A stretch of 64,000 nt of DNA from Candidatus Heimdallarchaeota archaeon (GTDB lineage Archaea; Asgardarchaeota; Heimdallarchaeia; Heimdallarchaeales; Heimdallarchaeaceae): positions 1 to 64,000 of the forward strand of contig JAEOSZ010000111.1 in the NCBI GenBank assembly GCA_016840095.1, given 5' to 3'. The position numbers were made by a program, and so were the translations under genes. The notes under the pieces are model-generated. The model saw only the letters and a list, made by a program, of their open reading frames with translations. It was not told the origin of the DNA and searched no databases. Below are positions 19,634 to 29,140 of this stretch, in pieces; within the stretch, counting starts at the first letter, position 1; every line of letters begins with the position of its first letter.

Positions 19634-21055
19634 ATGACTGCAAGGTTAGAGAATTTCTTCAATGCAGAGTCATTTTGTGTTGTTGGTGCTTCAACTACAC
19701 CTAATAAACCAGGAAATGTAGTTGCTTATAATTTCGTTCATTTCTTCCCAGGAAGAACTTATCTTGTTAATCCAAAAGGAGGAGAGTTGTTTGAAAATAA
19801 ATTGTATAACTCAGTATTAGATATAGAAGACACCATCGATGCAGCATGTATTATTGTCCCTGCCAGATTTGCTCCTTCAGCATTATCAGATTGTGGTAAG
19901 AAAGGAATAAAGAACATAATCGTAACAACAGGAGGTTTTAGCGAAATTGGTGAAGAAGGGAAAAAACTTCAACAACAGATGTTTGATATCATGAAGGAAT
20001 ATGAGATCAATGTTATTGGACCCAATTGTTTAGGACTTTATTCACCAGCTCTTGGTTATGATACAATGTTTTTACCATCCAGTAAATTGAAAAGACCTAC
20101 TAACGGACCTGTATCAATTTTTACCCAAAGCGGAGCATTTGGAGCTGCCTTCATTGATCAATTATCACGCTTAGGATCAGGAAAATGGGTTTCTAAATTT
20201 ATATCATATGGAAATGCTAGTGATATTAATGAGACTGATTCCTTGGAATACGTTGGGAATGATGTAGATACAAAAATGATTCTAATCTATCTTGAGGATT
20301 TCAAAAACGGTAGAGAATTTATGAAAAAAGCAAGAGAGATATCTCTGAGAAAACCAATTATGGGAATCAAAGCAAATCGCACAGAAACTGGAGCAAAAGC
20401 AGGAGCTTCACACACAGCAGCTCTCTCATCTAATGATGCAATTGTTGATGATCTACTTAATGACGCAGGAATAATCCGAGTGATAACTTGGGATCAATTA
20501 GAAGATTGTGTCCTTGCATTTGGAACTCAACCTTTACCTTTAGGAGATAGAGTAGCTATTGTGACAGATGGAGGTGGAGCAGGAGTAATGGCTTCAGACA
20601 TGGTTTCTGACTGTAATCTTAAATTAGCTAAATTCTCTGAAGATGTTCAAAGTAAACTTGATGAAACTTTTCCATCTTTTTATGCTACTGGGAATCCAAT
20701 TGATATCACTGGTAGTGCTACAGCTGAGGATTACCGAATAGCATTAGAAGCAGTTTATAATGATCCAAATGTTGATTCTGTTGTTAATATTTGCATACCT
20801 GTTATTCCTGATTTAGACATAGAAGAATACATCAATATTACAAAGAAATTAGCTAAGAGAAAAGAAAAACCCTTTGTGACTGCATTAGTAGGTGGTGAGG
20901 AAGCTGATTACGCAACTTCCGAACTATTGAAAGATGATATACCAGCTTTTGAAAGCCCTGGTAGAGCTGTTAAAGCTATGGGGATGCTAACTGATTATAC
21001 CAAATATCTTCGAAAACATGGTGTGGATCCAAGAACTATTCAAGTGGAGGACTAA
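19634..21055 (+). CDS. acdA: Acyl-CoA synthetase (ADP-forming) alpha subunit
   Basis: VVGAS..P.K.G, GGFSEIG, IGPNCLG, TQSGAFG, ASHTAAL phospho-His motif, TDGGGAGV, NPIDITG; ATG 19634. Confidence 0.9.
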   Translation: MTARLENFFNAESFCVVGASTTPNKPGNVVAYNFVHFFPGRTYLVNPKGGELFENKLYNSVLDIEDTIDAACIIVPARFAPSALSDCGKKGIKNIIVTTGGFSEIGEEGKKLQQQMFDIMKEYEINVIGPNCLGLYSPALGYDTMFLPSSKLKRPTNGPVSIFTQSGAFGAAFIDQLSRLGSGKWVSKFISYGNASDINETDSLEYVGNDVDTKMILIYLEDFKNGREFMKKAREISLRKPIMGIKANRTETGAKAGASHTAALSSNDAIVDDLLNDAGIIRVITWDQLEDCVLAFGTQPLPLGDRVAIVTDGGGAGVMASDMVSDCNLKLAKFSEDVQSKLDETFPSFYATGNPIDITGSATAEDYRIALEAVYNDPNVDSVVNICIPVIPDLDIEEYINITKKLAKRKEKPFVTALVGGEEADYATSELLKDDIPAFESPGRAVKAMGMLTDYTKYLRKHGVDPRTIQVED

Positions 21056-21059
21056 AAAA

Positions 21060-21746
21060 ATGAATGAGATAAAAGAAATTCTTTCAACAATCCAATCTGA
21101 ACAACGAAAAGCTGTTCTAGAATATGAAGCAAAATTAATTTTGAAGAAAATGGGGATTAATGTACCTCCAAGTATACTTGCTAAAACAAAAGAAGAAGCA
21201 ATTGAAGCTGCTAGAGATTTTGGATTTCCTGTAGTAATGAAATTAATGTCAAAAGAGGTTATTCATAAGACAGACTTTGGGGCAGTAGTAATAAATTTGC
21301 ATTCTGAGGATGAAATAAAAGCAACATATGATGATTTTATACGTAGATTTGTAGATATGGATGTTGCGGGTGTTCTTGTTGAAAAAATGGTTAGTAAAGG
21401 ATTAGAACTGATAATTGGGACTAATACTGACTCAACTTTTGGTCCTGTAATTCTTTTTGGTGTAGGGGGAGTTATGGTTGAAGCGCTTAAAGATGTGGTT
21501 TTTAGATTATGTCCAACTTCTCAACCTCAAGCATTACAGGCAATAGAGGAAATTAAGGCAAAAGTTCTGTTAGATGGTTTCAGAGGAATGCCAAAAGTAG
21601 ACAAAGAACAACTTTCTAATCTAATTGTAAAACTATCAGAATTAGCTTGGGAATACAGAGATTTTATTGCTGAAATGGATATTAATCCAATAATAGCAAA
21701 TGAAGATGGGATTTTTCCCGTAGACGCAAGAATTATACTGAGATAA
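21060..21746 (+). CDS. acdB: Acyl-CoA synthetase (ADP-forming) beta subunit
   Basis: GFPVVMK..S..VIHKTD.G.V, ELIIG...FGP, EMDINP, VDAR; GGAGG RBS before ATG 21060. Confidence 0.9.
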   Translation: MNEIKEILSTIQSEQRKAVLEYEAKLILKKMGINVPPSILAKTKEEAIEAARDFGFPVVMKLMSKEVIHKTDFGAVVINLHSEDEIKATYDDFIRRFVDMDVAGVLVEKMVSKGLELIIGTNTDSTFGPVILFGVGGVMVEALKDVVFRLCPTSQPQALQAIEEIKAKVLLDGFRGMPKVDKEQLSNLIVKLSELAWEYRDFIAEMDINPIIANEDGIFPVDARIILR

Positions 21747-21776
21747 TTCTTCTTCTTTTTCTAAAAGGAGCTTGAA

Positions 21777-24074
21777 CTAAATTTCTTCAAAATACTCTTC
21801 GAGTTCCAATTCCTCTTCTTGATCTTCAGAAGAGAATCTTAAATCTAAAGAGGATATGGTTTCTTTCAAAGTTTCAAGAACTTTGGAATCATCTTCGTAA
21901 TGTTGTGTATCAATTATTCTCTTGTAAATCTCTTCTGGGAGCTCTTCAAAATATCTAATTCCATATGCGATAGCATCTCTAACTCGTGGATCAGAATCAT
22001 TTTCAAGAATTTTGATTATTTTTTCCATAGTAACCATATCGTTTAGGTAGAGTATACACATAGCACCTGTTGCTCTTTCAATTGGAAAACTGCTTGTAAG
22101 CATTGAAATAAGATTTTGATTTTCTGCATGTTGTTCACCCTTTTTAGCTAAAATTAGAGCAAGCCAAATTTTCAGATAAGGAGGTGCTTTGTAGAAATTC
22201 TTTTCTAGAGATGAAATGTCTAAATCTCTTCTGAGTAACAGCTCCTTAAGAGCAGTATCTTTGTTATCTCCTGCTAAAGAGAGTAATAATGTTCCGAGTT
22301 TATCCTTTCTAAAAATTGCTATTAAAAGATATGGAACATAGAATAGTGCAATTAGAGGATAGATAGCAACCTCATTATAGACTAAGCCATTAATAGCATA
22401 GAAGAAGTATATGATTCCTCCAATCAACCCTGCTACTTTCAAAGGGTATTGGTAATTGAAATTGCTTCTTGCAATAGGATTCTTTACCCAGAAATAACTT
22501 AATGAGAACGCAATGAAACCAATGGAAATAGGAATAGCTGTATACAGAAATACAGTAGTTCCTATAGGTGTCGTTGCTGTAACAGCAGTAGTCAAATACA
22601 TGACGCCAAAGTAGATAGCTAGAGGAATTGTAGTACCTAGAATTAGTGTAGTTAATCTTCTTCTAGTGGGTTTTTCTTCTAAGAATTTTGTTTGATTTTT
22701 CAATGAAGGAATAACCGATTCACTCATCTGGAGGGTTGCTTGAGTCATTGTCGTCATTAGTGCGGTAAAACTCTGTTTTCCATATTTCTTCGTAATTAAT
22801 GAGTTTACTAAACCAACCATAACTATGAAAATGATTAGTGAAAACAAAATACCAAGATAATTAAAGATAAACTGTAATATTACCTCAATTACAAGAATAA
22901 CTACGAAAAATATTAGCATTACAACACCTTGATTTCTGATTGTGATATAAGCTTTTTTGAAGAAAGCAGCAGTGTCTTTATAGAATACAAGAGGATATAC
23001 AAACATACCTGCTAATCCCGCATACTGTAATCCTTGTAACGTTTCTACTAATATCGAAGCTGCATATGGATTCTTTGGTTCAAGCAATAAATCAATTAAG
23101 TATACTACTATATTTCTATTATCAAAACCAAATGCAAAACCAAGAAACAGGATTATTACAGTTAGTTCAATTCTCCTACTAAGATGATAAACCAAAATCG
23201 TTACAAGTGCAATAAGAGAATAATAAAGTACATCATTTAGTAAAGGTAAAAGAAGAGTATAAGATTTAGTTTCAACTGCTGTAATCATATACTCAGGCAT
23301 TGAATATTGCGATAAAAGATAGAACATCAATAGAGTTGATGCTGTTACAATCGCTACTCCATCAAGAGTTTTTGCTTTCTTACTTATTGAATACATTATT
23401 CCAGCATAAAGAAGAGCAAACATTGCTCCTACAGCAATCATTGAAAATATAAAAATAGCATACTGACCATTTGAATCAAAGATAACATCAGGGGTACTTC
23501 CATTTCCTGGGTCTCCATTTCCGTTTGTGCCATTGTTTTCAATCCCAGCTATAGCATTAACAGCTGGTTCAAGGAAGGTGTTATACAGATATGAAATGCC
23601 AAATACAAAAGATAATCCAAAGAATGCAACTTTAGCAATATTGAGTTTATTCTCAGCAATTTTTTTAGGTGTATTTATTTTGACTCCAAGTTTAATAATA
23701 TAATAAACAGATAAACCTGCAACAGCTATTAAAATACCTATTTGGAGAGCTATATATGATTTTATACTAATAGTCTCACCAGGACTAAATAGGTCTTTAA
23801 AGAAATTTGCACCAACTATATAGCCAACTAATGCACCTAATAAAATACCAAGAAGCTGTCCACCAAACTGAATCGTCCAGTCCATGAAAACTAGATCTCT
23901 TCCTAAAACTACACTGAAAGATTCGAATTGATCTTTTGGTACAACTCCCTTAGCTTTGAATATTAGCCAGAATCTAGCTAAAGATTCTTTTATCCTTTCT
24001 TTCAATTTCAACTTTGTTTCAGGTTGTTCTAAAAGTGGATCTTCAGGCAATTCTTGGGATTCTGGCAGAGTCAT
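21777..24074 (-). CDS. Polytopic membrane protein with C-terminal HEAT repeats and acidic tail
   Basis: More than 12 hydrophobic segments; ILENDSDPRVRDAIAYGI HEAT motif; last gene of MoxR operon. Confidence 0.7.
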   Translation of the reverse strand: MTLPESQELPEDPLLEQPETKLKLKERIKESLARFWLIFKAKGVVPKDQFESFSVVLGRDLVFMDWTIQFGGQLLGILLGALVGYIVGANFFKDLFSPGETISIKSYIALQIGILIAVAGLSVYYIIKLGVKINTPKKIAENKLNIAKVAFFGLSFVFGISYLYNTFLEPAVNAIAGIENNGTNGNGDPGNGSTPDVIFDSNGQYAIFIFSMIAVGAMFALLYAGIMYSISKKAKTLDGVAIVTASTLLMFYLLSQYSMPEYMITAVETKSYTLLLPLLNDVLYYSLIALVTILVYHLSRRIELTVIILFLGFAFGFDNRNIVVYLIDLLLEPKNPYAASILVETLQGLQYAGLAGMFVYPLVFYKDTAAFFKKAYITIRNQGVVMLIFFVVILVIEVILQFIFNYLGILFSLIIFIVMVGLVNSLITKKYGKQSFTALMTTMTQATLQMSESVIPSLKNQTKFLEEKPTRRRLTTLILGTTIPLAIYFGVMYLTTAVTATTPIGTTVFLYTAIPISIGFIAFSLSYFWVKNPIARSNFNYQYPLKVAGLIGGIIYFFYAINGLVYNEVAIYPLIALFYVPYLLIAIFRKDKLGTLLLSLAGDNKDTALKELLLRRDLDISSLEKNFYKAPPYLKIWLALILAKKGEQHAENQNLISMLTSSFPIERATGAMCILYLNDMVTMEKIIKILENDSDPRVRDAIAYGIRYFEELPEEIYKRIIDTQHYEDDSKVLETLKETISSLDLRFSSEDQEEELELEEYFEEI

Positions 24075-24077
24075 TTA

Positions 24078-25934
24078 TTATACCTCAATATCACTTAAAA
24101 TAACATCAAATTGTGTTTTCCTTCTTTTTCTTAATTTCCTAAGTCTTTTAGTAATTCTATATACTACAAACAATACAACAGCTGCAGCAACTGCACTCCC
24201 ACCATATATAATGTTAAAATTTCTGGATACCTCAACAAAAAATTGATAGGAATTATCAAATTCGTAGAGTTCAAAAATCTGGCTTTGAGAATCTACAAAA
24301 ATTGAGATATTCCAAATTTTCAACCCAAATCCTTGGAATTCTTCAAAAGTTATTGGAATAACTTCCATAATATCAAGTCCATTCTCTAGGTTTTCACTAA
24401 TTCTTACAGTATCATTTACAACAACTGACACCCAAAATGGTGCTGCAGGTACACTTCCATTGTTTTGAACCATGATATCAAGCTGTAATCTTCTAAACTC
24501 TGTAGCATTTCTTGGACTTTGGATTACTTCTTTAACATTGATATTTGGAAATCTATACCATGAAGGAAAGAATGTTGATGTGTTATCAAAATATGAATAC
24601 AAGTTAAGAGGGAATAAATTGTTTGCAGAACTGTTCCAATTAGCTGTTTCTGGAGGAGAAGTTAGAAGAAAACCATGAAATGAACCATTTCCTATAATTC
24701 CTAGGGAATTGTTCCAAATATATGTCACTGAATCACCAAGGTTCGTATCAATATATCCACCTAGATCAAAGAAAATCGTTCCATTATCTACAGATACCAT
24801 TGGAAGCATCCAAGATTCTTCTCTGTGAGTGATAATGCCTAGTTCTTGATTTCCGTAATTCAAAGCAGTAAAGTAAAATTCAGCATACGTCATTTTCTCT
24901 GATGCCATATACTGCAATGTTGCTAAATGGTTAGTTCCATTAAATGTATAGTTATACATTATAGTTAATGAATAATTAATGAAATTACTAGTAAGATTGA
25001 AGTAAAATTCTCCTGGAGCAAGAACACTATTACTAAGTTTAGTCACACCATTTTCAGTCAATGTTTCATATGGATTATTCAGGTAATTTGTTACAAGATT
25101 AATTAGCTCTCCATCACCTATTGTGGATAAGGTTAATTCAGTATCTCCTTGCAAAAGTGGTATGCCACTAATATCTTCTGCAGGATATACATAATATTGT
25201 TTTCCCCAGAGAAATCGAGGGATTGCTGTATAAGCGAATGATCCTTGTGAGGTTGAAAGAGAGTAAAAAACAACACCAATTGGTGCATTTGCTTGTATTA
25301 TAGTCCCTTTTTGTACATCCAATTCTAATAAACTACCAACAAATGGTAGGTCATAAAAATCAGCAGTTTCTCCAGGATGAGTAACTGTGACATCAGTTAA
25401 ATTAACTCCTGCTATTATCATTGCTTTCATGTTATCATATTGACTCTGATACTGTTTTCCCCACATAGACATTACCAAGGCTGAATAGGAGAATGAATCA
25501 TCATAAGATGAATTGCTGAACGGATGATATACACTAATCTGAAGAGGAGAAAATGCTTGGATTAAAGAACCATTTGTAAGATTTGGCTCAAGTAAAGGGT
25601 CAATAATTAGAGTTTCATTTGCATATAGAATGGTTTCATTACCATATACAGAAGATTCAAAACCAAAGATTATTGGCACTCCATCATAGAATGTATTAAT
25701 TGTTATCAATGTTGGAGCAAATGGTCCTGATTTCAGAACAAGTGGTATTCTGTAATTAAGATAAAGTCCTCCAGCAGAACTTCCTCCACTAGTATCGTCA
25801 CTTCCTCCTTCGGGGGGAATGTCTCCAGAACTGGGGCTCGCAAATGTAATATCAACTGAGATACTAGCCATAAGATTTGTTGATGTAATAATGAATAGTA
25901 GAATTATCAATGATTTTATTCGGAAGGATTTCAT
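24078..25934 (-). CDS. Single-pass surface protein with CARDB-like domain
   Basis: Signal peptide; VQNNGSVPA..F.V..VDSQSQIFELYEFDN CARDB signature; TM plus basic tail; many N-x-S/T sequons. Confidence 0.75.
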   Translation of the reverse strand: MKSFRIKSLIILLFIITSTNLMASISVDITFASPSSGDIPPEGGSDDTSGGSSAGGLYLNYRIPLVLKSGPFAPTLITINTFYDGVPIIFGFESSVYGNETILYANETLIIDPLLEPNLTNGSLIQAFSPLQISVYHPFSNSSYDDSFSYSALVMSMWGKQYQSQYDNMKAMIIAGVNLTDVTVTHPGETADFYDLPFVGSLLELDVQKGTIIQANAPIGVVFYSLSTSQGSFAYTAIPRFLWGKQYYVYPAEDISGIPLLQGDTELTLSTIGDGELINLVTNYLNNPYETLTENGVTKLSNSVLAPGEFYFNLTSNFINYSLTIMYNYTFNGTNHLATLQYMASEKMTYAEFYFTALNYGNQELGIITHREESWMLPMVSVDNGTIFFDLGGYIDTNLGDSVTYIWNNSLGIIGNGSFHGFLLTSPPETANWNSSANNLFPLNLYSYFDNTSTFFPSWYRFPNINVKEVIQSPRNATEFRRLQLDIMVQNNGSVPAAPFWVSVVVNDTVRISENLENGLDIMEVIPITFEEFQGFGLKIWNISIFVDSQSQIFELYEFDNSYQFFVEVSRNFNIIYGGSAVAAAVVLFVVYRITKRLRKLRKRRKTQFDVILSDIEV

Positions 25935-26872
25935 CTTACCAATCCCCTCCTTTTTGATCCAAAATATGTGAGTAATAGTTTTTCAGTAAGAACAGTTGTT
26001 GGAGCATCTATTACTTCAATATTCAGACCTCTGATTTTTCTTTTAAATTCATTAATTTTTTTGATTTCAAGACCAAGTTCAAACATAAATTTCCCTCTCT
26101 CAAGTAGGTTACTAAAATTAATAATTTTGATTTCTCCAGTTTCAGGATCTTGATATTTTACCTGTCTTGGGTTTTTTGGAAAGAGAAATTCTTCAGGATC
26201 GTGAATGTGAAAAAGTTTTACATCATGGTGCTTAACATTAGCAACTTTGAAACCATCAAGTGCTTCTTCTAGATTTCCATGCAGATCCGTAAGAATTATT
26301 ATAATTGATCGTCTCTTCTGTGCAAGAGCAATATCTTTTATTGTCTCACCAATGTCTGTGTTGCCAAAAGGAGCAATTTTTAGCATTTCATTAAATATAT
26401 GATACAGATGAGTTTTTCCACCTCTAGCAGGGATATATTTATGAATTTTATCTGAAAAAGATACCCATCCAAAATTATCCCTATTGTTCATAACTGTATA
26501 AGCGAGAGTAGCTATTGCTTCTACTGCCATTTTTATTCTAGGATTTGGTTCCCCTAATAACATAGAATAACTAGTATCCAGCATCAGAATGACATTGGTA
26601 TTCCTCTCTTGTTCATAATCTCTAACAATTAACTTGAAAGGAACTCGTGAGGAAGCATTCCAATCTATAAACCTGAGATCATCACCCTCGGTATACTCCC
26701 GTAAATCAGCATATTCAGTACCAGGTCCTCGAAAAATAGATCTTCTATGTCCTTGAAGAAAACTAGTAGATCTCTCTCTTGCTAGAATTTCCAATCTTCT
26801 AAGCTTTTTAAGAGGGATTTTTACACTATCTTCCTTCTCCTTCACTGTTCTTGGTTCCCCTGCTACAGTCAT
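25931..26872 (-). CDS. DUF58 / vWA-like MoxR partner protein
   Basis: G.EYADLREY..GDDLR.IDWNAS, MIDAS-like DTSYSM, ILTD. Confidence 0.9.
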   Translation of the reverse strand: MTVAGEPRTVKEKEDSVKIPLKKLRRLEILARERSTSFLQGHRRSIFRGPGTEYADLREYTEGDDLRFIDWNASSRVPFKLIVRDYEQERNTNVILMLDTSYSMLLGEPNPRIKMAVEAIATLAYTVMNNRDNFGWVSFSDKIHKYIPARGGKTHLYHIFNEMLKIAPFGNTDIGETIKDIALAQKRRSIIIILTDLHGNLEEALDGFKVANVKHHDVKLFHIHDPEEFLFPKNPRQVKYQDPETGEIKIINFSNLLERGKFMFELGLEIKKINEFKRKIRGLNIEVIDAPTTVLTEKLLLTYFGSKRRGLVR

Positions 26873-26876
26873 TGTT

Positions 26877-28469
26877 TCACCTTTGTTTCACAAGTTCTTC
26901 ATAGACATTTGTTGCTGAAGCTAGAATTTTATCACCTTGTTTCAAAACATAATTGTCATCCCAAAGTAAACTATCAACTACTTTGAAAACTTGAATCGCT
27001 TCCTTGTGCAATTGTTTATCCTCTTTTACTATGTCTTTAATAAGGTCGTTCAAACCTACAAGAGATACAATGTTGACCTCTCCTTTTACAATCCTAGAAA
27101 GCATTTTTTGATAAGTCTGAATAATTTTTGTAGCTTCTTTTCCTTTCTTCTTAATTTTACTCATGTCAATGATTAAAGGATCCTTTTCCTTTGCTCTTCC
27201 CTTCATTTCTTCTTCAAGAATTTCATCAAGTTCCTTATCTACACCTCGAGATATTCGTACTTTTTTCTTGAGTAATACTGCGATAAATGCAATTAATGGA
27301 AATAAACTGTACATCCAACTTGGTTCAAAGATTCCTTTTTGTTCCAAGTATTTTGTGAAATATCGGTTTAGTGATAGAATCACTACAAGGATAATAAGAA
27401 ATAGATTACATATGATCATCCACGAAAATGAAGGGTTATTCGCATTCATGAAAATCATTACTACGTCGCTTAGGAAGAACCATATTGCCATAGTTATGTA
27501 GATATAACTTTCTTTCTGCCAGTATATCCATACTCCTAGAACACTTGATACTATTGTAACTGCGTAAAATATTAAAACTTGAATAATCGTAATCCCAGAC
27601 CAAAATGTGAAGTAAAATCCTACTAACATAATTGAAGCAAACATTGTTGCTCCAATTGCAATTTGAAATAGTTGTCTGGTTTGGCTTTCAAACTTAATAT
27701 CTTGTCGTAATTGTTGTCTGTCAAGGCTTCCTCTGAATTTCTCAAAATTTTGATAGAGAACAGCAAACAATAATCCTCCAAGAAAAGCTACATTCAAAAT
27801 AGAAATCAGCTTTGTAGTTTCAATCAGAGCACCTGCTTCAACTTCATACACTTCTATGAATTTTGAAAAAATATCTCCGTGGAAAGACATTGGTGCAAAT
27901 ATAATAATTAACACAACATACATCAACCAAAAGAGGTTATTGGCAGAACTTACAAGATCAAGAATAACAGGAGGTTCAGCTACCGACCACTCTGCTCCAC
28001 TGAGAAATCTTGGCATTCTATCTTGTATATACCTAGCTCGAATAATCCTTTCTAAAATCTCTGCACCTACTATTATTGCTCCAATTATTGGCAGTGCTAT
28101 CCAAATCCCTAATCCATTTGAATTTGTACCTAATAGAAGCAAAAATAGATTAATACCAGTTGCATTAGCAATAGCTTCTCCAGCTCCAGGTACAGTTGCT
28201 TGGAGTATTGAAATAAGTATAATAATGAAGAATGGAGTTAATTTAAGGAAGGTATACCAAATTTTTTCAAGTCTAACACGAATACCTACACCTCTAGCAG
28301 TCTCTACTAAGGTTGCATTTAACTCATAAGGATAGAGTTTTCTTGTTCCTTTTACAACGGCTCTAGATTGCCCCTTAAAGATTCTAGTTCTCATACCAAA
28401 TGATCTCATTAATACATCCATTTTTTTCATGGATCTTTCTAATGGGGTTGTCGTTTCTTTGGAGCTCAT
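26877..28469 (-). CDS. Polytopic membrane protein, hypothetical
   Basis: About 9-10 hydrophobic segments; ATGA overlap with upstream gene. Confidence 0.7.
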   Translation of the reverse strand: MSSKETTTPLERSMKKMDVLMRSFGMRTRIFKGQSRAVVKGTRKLYPYELNATLVETARGVGIRVRLEKIWYTFLKLTPFFIIILISILQATVPGAGEAIANATGINLFLLLLGTNSNGLGIWIALPIIGAIIVGAEILERIIRARYIQDRMPRFLSGAEWSVAEPPVILDLVSSANNLFWLMYVVLIIIFAPMSFHGDIFSKFIEVYEVEAGALIETTKLISILNVAFLGGLLFAVLYQNFEKFRGSLDRQQLRQDIKFESQTRQLFQIAIGATMFASIMLVGFYFTFWSGITIIQVLIFYAVTIVSSVLGVWIYWQKESYIYITMAIWFFLSDVVMIFMNANNPSFSWMIICNLFLIILVVILSLNRYFTKYLEQKGIFEPSWMYSLFPLIAFIAVLLKKKVRISRGVDKELDEILEEEMKGRAKEKDPLIIDMSKIKKKGKEATKIIQTYQKMLSRIVKGEVNIVSLVGLNDLIKDIVKEDKQLHKEAIQVFKVVDSLLWDDNYVLKQGDKILASATNVYEELVKQR

Positions 28470-29140
28470 TTTTTCTCCTCTCCTTTTTTCTTTCTATTTT
28501 GCGTGATTTCCTTAATTTTCATAACACCCACAAAAATTGCTGGGGAAGAAATCATTACTATTGCTACCATGAAAATGAATATCCATCTAACAAATGTCTG
28601 GGGATCGGGAAAACCCGGTAGATTGATTATTGGAGCAGCTTTACTTTTTTCAACCTCAATGTAAGGCTCATCTCCAGGAAATTCTGCAAAGAATTCCTGA
28701 GAAGTAGGAACCCCAGTACTGTTAGCTATTACTTTAATTGTTATGTTAAATTGTATTGGATCTTGAGGAGTAAATGTCTGGTTGAATTCATATTCTTCAT
28801 CTACCGCTGTTAAGTTTTGATTGATAACCTTTGCACCAGATGAATGGGGGAGAGGATCATCTGGGTAATTAAACAGAAATGAAACTAATGTAAGTGAAAG
28901 ATTTTCTCCAGCAGCTAATCCTGTAGTTTTGATAGTAACTGTTACATTTTCAGACCGATATTGTTTCCATTTCAGAGGAGCTTTGGTTACCACTGTAAAA
29001 TTTGTATTTGGATCAATTTCAAATGAATAAGTAGGTGATGTATATACTCCTTCTTGTCCATTTGTGTCATAAATTGGGGAAAAATTTCCAATAAATAGTG
29101 ATATTAAAACGAAATAGAATATTTTTGATTTATTTTTCAT
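28466..29140 (-). CDS. Single-pass surface protein, hypothetical
   Basis: Signal peptide MKNKSKIFYFVLISLF, beta-rich ectodomain, TM and basic tail; ATGA overlaps at both ends. Confidence 0.7.
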   Translation of the reverse strand: MKNKSKIFYFVLISLFIGNFSPIYDTNGQEGVYTSPTYSFEIDPNTNFTVVTKAPLKWKQYRSENVTVTIKTTGLAAGENLSLTLVSFLFNYPDDPLPHSSGAKVINQNLTAVDEEYEFNQTFTPQDPIQFNITIKVIANSTGVPTSQEFFAEFPGDEPYIEVEKSKAAPIINLPGFPDPQTFVRWIFIFMVAIVMISSPAIFVGVMKIKEITQNRKKKGEEKK